Assembly (NCBI GenBank): GCA_963727445.1 | Contig: CAVSGI010000012.1 | Coordinates: 64,001-128,000, forward strand | Direction of reading: 5' to 3' | From: an uncultured delta proteobacterium | GTDB taxonomy: Bacteria > Myxococcota_A > Polyangia > Polyangiales > B10-G4 | Length of the DNA stretch: 64,000 nucleotides | In this document: piece by piece, positions 59,611 to 64,000 of the stretch | Layout of the letters: the number at the start of each line of letters is the position of its first letter | How positions within the stretch are numbered: position 1 is the stretch's first letter | Notes under the pieces: generated by a model | Database searches by the model: none | Seen by the model: the letters and a program-made list of their open reading frames with translations, nothing else | What the model was told of the DNA's origin: nothing | Position numbers and translations under genes: made by a program

Positions 59611-62355
59611 AGAGAAACGCGATCGCAGCAGTCATCGGCGTCGGGGCGTTGTCTTACGCCGTCGCCGTCGTCCTCGTTCTCTTCTCCGCCCCCGACAAGG
59701 GGTTCCTCTCCTTCGCTCGGCGCCGGGTGGTCCAGATCGACGGCGACGGGCAAGCCGCGCGAGCGGGGCTTCGCGTGGGCGATCAAATCGTCAGCGTCGA
59801 CGGGGAGCCCCTCGATTCCACTCTCGAGTACATCGACCTGCTCTTGACGAAGCGGCCGGGGCAATCGGTGCGCATCGGCTTCCGTCACGAGGGAGAGATC
59901 CACGAAGCGGAGGTCACCCTCCACGCCGAGCGGCCGCCCATCCCTTCGGTGGTCGCCGCGGTCTTGAGCGCGATCATCGTCCTGCTCTCCTTCTTCGTCG
60001 CGAGGCGTCGACCCGACGAGACGGTCAGCCAGCTCTTCATCGTCAACGCCTCGGTGCACGCGGTGCTCTACGCGGCGGCGATGAGCTGGAGCTACCTCCT
60101 CTCCCATTCCCTCCTCCTCGGGGTCGCGGCTGTCGCGCTCTTCCTCTCGCCGCCGATGGCCTTCGAGTGGACCACCCGATTTCCGTTGAACGAGGCCGGC
60201 AGCACCCGCCGGTCTCGCGCCGCGATCTGGACCCTCTCGCTCTCTCTCGGCGTGGCCACCTCGGTCGCGACGATGCGGGCGCTTTCGACGAGCGGCGCGA
60301 CCTCCGACGCATGGCTGAGGTGGGCGGCCCGCTTCGTGACCGCCGAGCTGCTCCTTTCCGTGGTGGTCCTGGCCCTCGGGCTGATGGTGCAGTACCGCGG
60401 CCTGCGCGACGCCCGGCGTTTCGTCGGTGGCGAGCGCGCACAGCTCAAGTGGATCATCTTCGGCTCGAGCCTGAGCTTCTCGGTGGCGCTCCTCGCGGTT
60501 CCCGCCGCGGCCTCGAACCTCAATCTCTTCCTTCTCGCAGGGTATCGCCCTTACACCGTCACGCTGGCGGCGCTCTTCTTCTCCTCGAGCCACCTCGCGG
60601 TCTTTCGGATCGGTCTTGCCGACGTCGACGTCTACATCGCGCGATCGGTGGCCTACGTCGCGGCGTCGGCGGCGGCAATCCTCGGCTTCGTGGCGGTGGT
60701 CTTCGCCTTCGGCACGATCCTGGGCAGCACGATGGGCGCGGGAGAGATCTTCGGCTACCTGGGCGCGGCGCTCCTCGCCGCGGCGCTCTTCGGGCCGGTG
60801 CATCGCCGCGTGCAGCGGCTGCTCGACCGACGCTTCTCGCGGGACCGCGAGCACTACGTGGAGGCGCTCGAGGCGCTCTCGCGGCGCATTCTCCTGCTCG
60901 GGGAGATGGACCAACTCGCCGAGGAGGTGGTGGAAAAGACCGTGAGCACGGTGGGGGCCGAGCGCGGCGCGCTGCTCCTCTGCGAAGCGAGTCAGGGTGG
61001 CGAGGAGGGGACCTCGGTGGGCTTCGTCGTCGTCGCCTCCACGGGCGAGGGCGCGCCCGACGTGGGCGAGAGCTGGGAGCGCAGCGAGGCGGAGGCGCTC
61101 GAGGAGCCCTCAGTGTCCATCCCGGTGTCGGACGTGGATGCGAGCGCGCCGCCCATCGGCTACCTGCGCCTCGGACCGCGCAAGGGGGGCGACCTCTATT
61201 CGCGGCGCGATCGCGCGCTCTTGTCCGCACTCGCCGACCAACTGGGCATCGCCCTCGCCAACGGACGCGCCTACGAACGGATCGCCGAGATGTCGCGCGT
61301 CCTCGCGGAGCAGAATCGCGAGATCCGCGCGCTCCGCGACCGCCTCGAGGACGAAAACCGCTATCTCAAGGGGCGCCTGGGAGATCACCACCGCGGCGAG
61401 AAGGTCCTGACCGGCTCGTCGCGGGCGATCCGCGAGCTGCGGAAGACGCTCTCCCGCGTCGCCGGGAGCGCGGCGGTGGTGCTCCTGCGCGGCGAAACGG
61501 GGACGGGCAAGAGCCTGGTGGCCCGAGCGCTTCACGACGCCTCGCCACGCGCAGACGGCCCCTTCATTCACGTCGACTGCGGTGCGATCCCGGCGGGCGT
61601 CTTCGAGAGCGAGCTCTTCGGTCACGAAAGGGGCGCCTTCACCGGCGCCGTTCGTCACCGGCGGGGCGCGTTCGAGCTCGCCGACGGGGGGACGCTCTTC
61701 CTCGACGAGATCGGCGAGCTGCCCGTGGAGCTCCAGTCCAAGCTCGTGCGTTTCTTCTCCGAGCGCACGCTGACGCGGGTCGGCGGAACGGAGGAGGTCG
61801 AGGTGGATGTGCGCGTGGTCGCCGCGACCCACCGCCGCCTCGACGAGATGGTGCGAAAGAAGCAGTTCCGCGAGGACCTCTACTACCGCCTCGCGGTGGT
61901 GGAGATCGAGGTGCCGCCCCTGCGACAGCGCAAGAGCGACGTCCGAGAGCTCGCCCAGGCGCTCCTGCCCCGCCTCTGCCGCCGCAACCACCTCCGCGAG
62001 CGCCGACTCACCGAGGCCGCCATGGAGCGCCTCGAATCCTACGGTTGGCCGGGTAACGTGCGGGAATTGATGAATGTTCTGGAGCGGGCCGCGGTGCTCT
62101 CGGAGGGGCCTCTCCTCGCCGCTCCCGAATCTCTCCATCTCCGACGAGCCTCCCACCGCCGACGAGCTGGGGGCCGTGTCGCCGACCCCTGACGACGCCG
62201 ACCATCGCGAGGTGATGGAGGCGATCGAACGCGACCGATTGATCGCCGCGCTCAAGGCGTCCGGCGGCAATCGCTCGAGCGCTGCCCGCACCCTCGGCAT
62301 TCCGCGCACCACCCTGATCAACAAGATCCGCCGCTATGGGCTCGAGGAGAGCTGA
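59607..62355 (+). CDS. PDZ plus multi-TM plus GAF sigma-54 activator, with apparent frameshift near 62120
   Basis: A.RAGLRVGDQI PDZ, GETGTGKS, ESELFGHERGAFTGA, LFLDEIGE and WPGNVREL. The Fis HTH (GGNRSSAARTLGI) continues in the +1 frame to 62355. Confidence 0.88.
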
Positions 62356-62359
62356 GCGC

Positions 62360-62659
62360 GTGACGCCGGAGGACGAGGATCCCTTCGGGGACGAGCCGGT
62401 GGAGCTGCCCATCGATGGCGTGCTCGACCTTCACACATTCGCCCCGCGCGACGTGCCCGACCTGGTGCCCACCTACCTCGACGAGTGCCAGGCGCGCGGC
62501 ATCCACGAGATCCGCATCATTCACGGCAAGGGAAAGGGCGTGCTGCGCCGCACGGTGCACGCGATCCTCGAACGTCGCGACGACGTCGCTGAATACCACC
62601 TCGCCGAACCTCATCGCGGCGGGTGGGGCGCCACCCTGGTGACGCTTCGACCGAAGTGA
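62360..62659 (+). CDS. Smr/MutS2 domain protein
   Basis: LDLH, RIIHGKGKG.LR and GGWGAT motifs. Confidence 0.9.
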   Translation: MTPEDEDPFGDEPVELPIDGVLDLHTFAPRDVPDLVPTYLDECQARGIHEIRIIHGKGKGVLRRTVHAILERRDDVAEYHLAEPHRGGWGATLVTLRPK

Positions 62660-62682
62660 TCGACTTTCTCGCCGGTGGCCTC

Positions 62683-62710
62683 TTGACGCGCGGGAAGGAC
62701 TGGCTACAGA
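62683..62710 (+). promoter_or_regulatory. candidate sigma-70 promoter of the MATE leader
   Basis: TTGACG 62683-62688, then GCTACAGA; resembles the atp promoter candidate, but the -10 box is weak. Confidence 0.4.
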
Positions 62711-62735
62711 AGACACTTCAGGAGGAAGTGCCTCG

Positions 62736-62837
62736 ATGATGTGCCGTCATCTGCAGAAGAACACGACCGTCTTCGACCCGGATTCGGGTTGGATGCTCGT
62801 GCGTCCCGCGGCAGGTGATGGGCCGATGACCAGCTAG
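62736..62837 (+). CDS. putative 33-aa leader peptide
   Basis: AGGAGG at 62720-62725, then ATG...TAG encoding MMCRHLQKNTTVFDPDSGWMLVRPAAGDGPMTS. Confidence 0.65.
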   Translation: MMCRHLQKNTTVFDPDSGWMLVRPAAGDGPMTS

Positions 62838-62865
62838 GTCACGAAATCCCCCCTGATTGGCACCT

Positions 62866-62905
62866 GCCGCGAACCGATGACTTCGGTCCGCGGCTTTTTC
62901 TTTTT
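62866..62905 (+). terminator. intrinsic terminator (attenuator) in the MATE 5' leader
   Basis: GCCGCGaACCGA / TCGGTcCGCGGC stem with a 5-nt loop, followed by TTTTTCTTTTT. Confidence 0.85.
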
Positions 62906-62946
62906 CGGAGGAGCGACACACCGCGGGCCCTTTTGGGAGAGAGACG

Positions 62947-64000
62947 ATGGAAGGGTTACGTGGGGACAGTGAGGACGGCGAAAGCTCGAGATTGAGCTGG
63001 GAGGGCCGTCCGTTTCGAGAAATGTTGCGCCTGAGCTGGCCCATCGCGGTGTCGATGGTCAGCTACGCGGCCATGACGCTGGTCGACACGCTTTTCGTCG
63101 GCTGGCTCGGTCCCGAGGCTCTCGCCGGCGTCGGGATCGGAGGCATGGCCGCCTTCACGTTGATCGGCTTCATGTTCGGTCTGCTCCGCGGGGTCAAGGT
63201 CCTGACCGCGCAGGGCGTCGGCGCGGGGCGAGGCGACGGGGCCAAGGCCTATCTCACCGCCGGGCTGGCGATCGCGCTGAGCGTGGGGGTGGTGATGGCG
63301 GGCCTCGGCCAGCTCTTCGCCGAGCTGTTGCCGATGCTCACCGCCACGGCGGAGTCGGGCGAGCACGCGCGCGTGTACCTGGGGATCCGCATCTTCGGAT
63401 CGCCCGTGGTCCTCGTGTACGTGGCGCTTCGCGAGTATCGCTACGGCCTCGGCGACAGTCGTTCGCCGATGGTCGCGGCGGTCGCGGCCAACATCACCAA
63501 CATAGGCCTCGACTATCTGCTGATCGTCGTCTTCGGTTGGGGCGTCGCGGGTGCGGCGGCGGCCACGGTCGCGGGGCAGTTCCTCGAAGCCATCATCCTG
63601 GTCGTCGCCCAGCGGCGCGAGGGTCTGCCTCTGCGTGGCCCGAGCCTCGGTGCGGTGCGGGCGGTTCTACGTGTCGGTCTGCCGACGGGCGTTCAGTTCC
63701 TGCTCGAGAATCGGAGCTTTCGCCGCGATGGCGGCGATGCTGGCCGCGATGAGCGATGTCCAGATGGCGGCGCATCAGATCGTCCTTCAGGCCATTCACT
63801 TCACCTTCCTGCCGATCCTCGCCTTCGGTGAGGCGGCGGCGGTGATGGTCGGACAGGCGGTCGGTGCGCGGCGCGATCGGATGGTCGTGGGCATCGCCGT
63901 GCGGGCGCTCCTGCTCGGGGGCGGCTACGCGCTGGTCTGGACTTTCGGTCTGGCGTTCGGCGCGGAGCTCTTCGTTCGGGCGTTCACGGATGATCCGGTG
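62947..64000 (+). CDS. MATE family efflux transporter, 3' partial, with apparent frameshift near 63710
   Basis: L.WPI, VDT.FVG.LG..ALA, GDSR.PM, NI.LDY.LI and GVAGAA.AT; continues as EIGAFAAM...MAAHQI after a +1 shift. Confidence 0.92.

Overview
GC-rich bacterial chromosomal segment, most likely from a myxobacterium (Myxococcota, Polyangia/Sandaracinus-like). This is inferred from MYXO-CTERM-like tails, Cys-rich lipoproteins, DUF2330 paralogues, a FrgA-like protein and sigma-54 activators. Core genes include a partial F1Fo ATP synthase operon (b', b, delta, alpha, gamma), hom, prmA-rsmE, a DnaK paralogue, MscS, TraB, ACBP, an Smr protein and a MATE pump. These are interspersed with many secreted or lipoprotein genes: beta-helix paralogues, a serpin, a ~1600-aa disintegrin-like repeat protein, phospholipase C, c-type cytochromes and an S1 protease. 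No rRNA, tRNA, CRISPR array, transposase or integrase was recognised. Several small indels (atpA, ACBP, a sigma-54 activator, MATE) look like assembly errors. The most notable unannotated signals are: (1) a 156-bp structured insert in the 5' end of prmA, bounded by a 13-bp direct repeat, which supplies a replacement N-terminus; (2) a leader-peptide/antiterminator/terminator attenuator upstream of the MATE pump; (3) a coupled DUF455 di-iron plus ATP-grasp gene pair; (4) a membrane sigma-54 activator with a degenerate ATPase next to a sigma-54 promoter; (5) two distinct palindromic repeat clusters.
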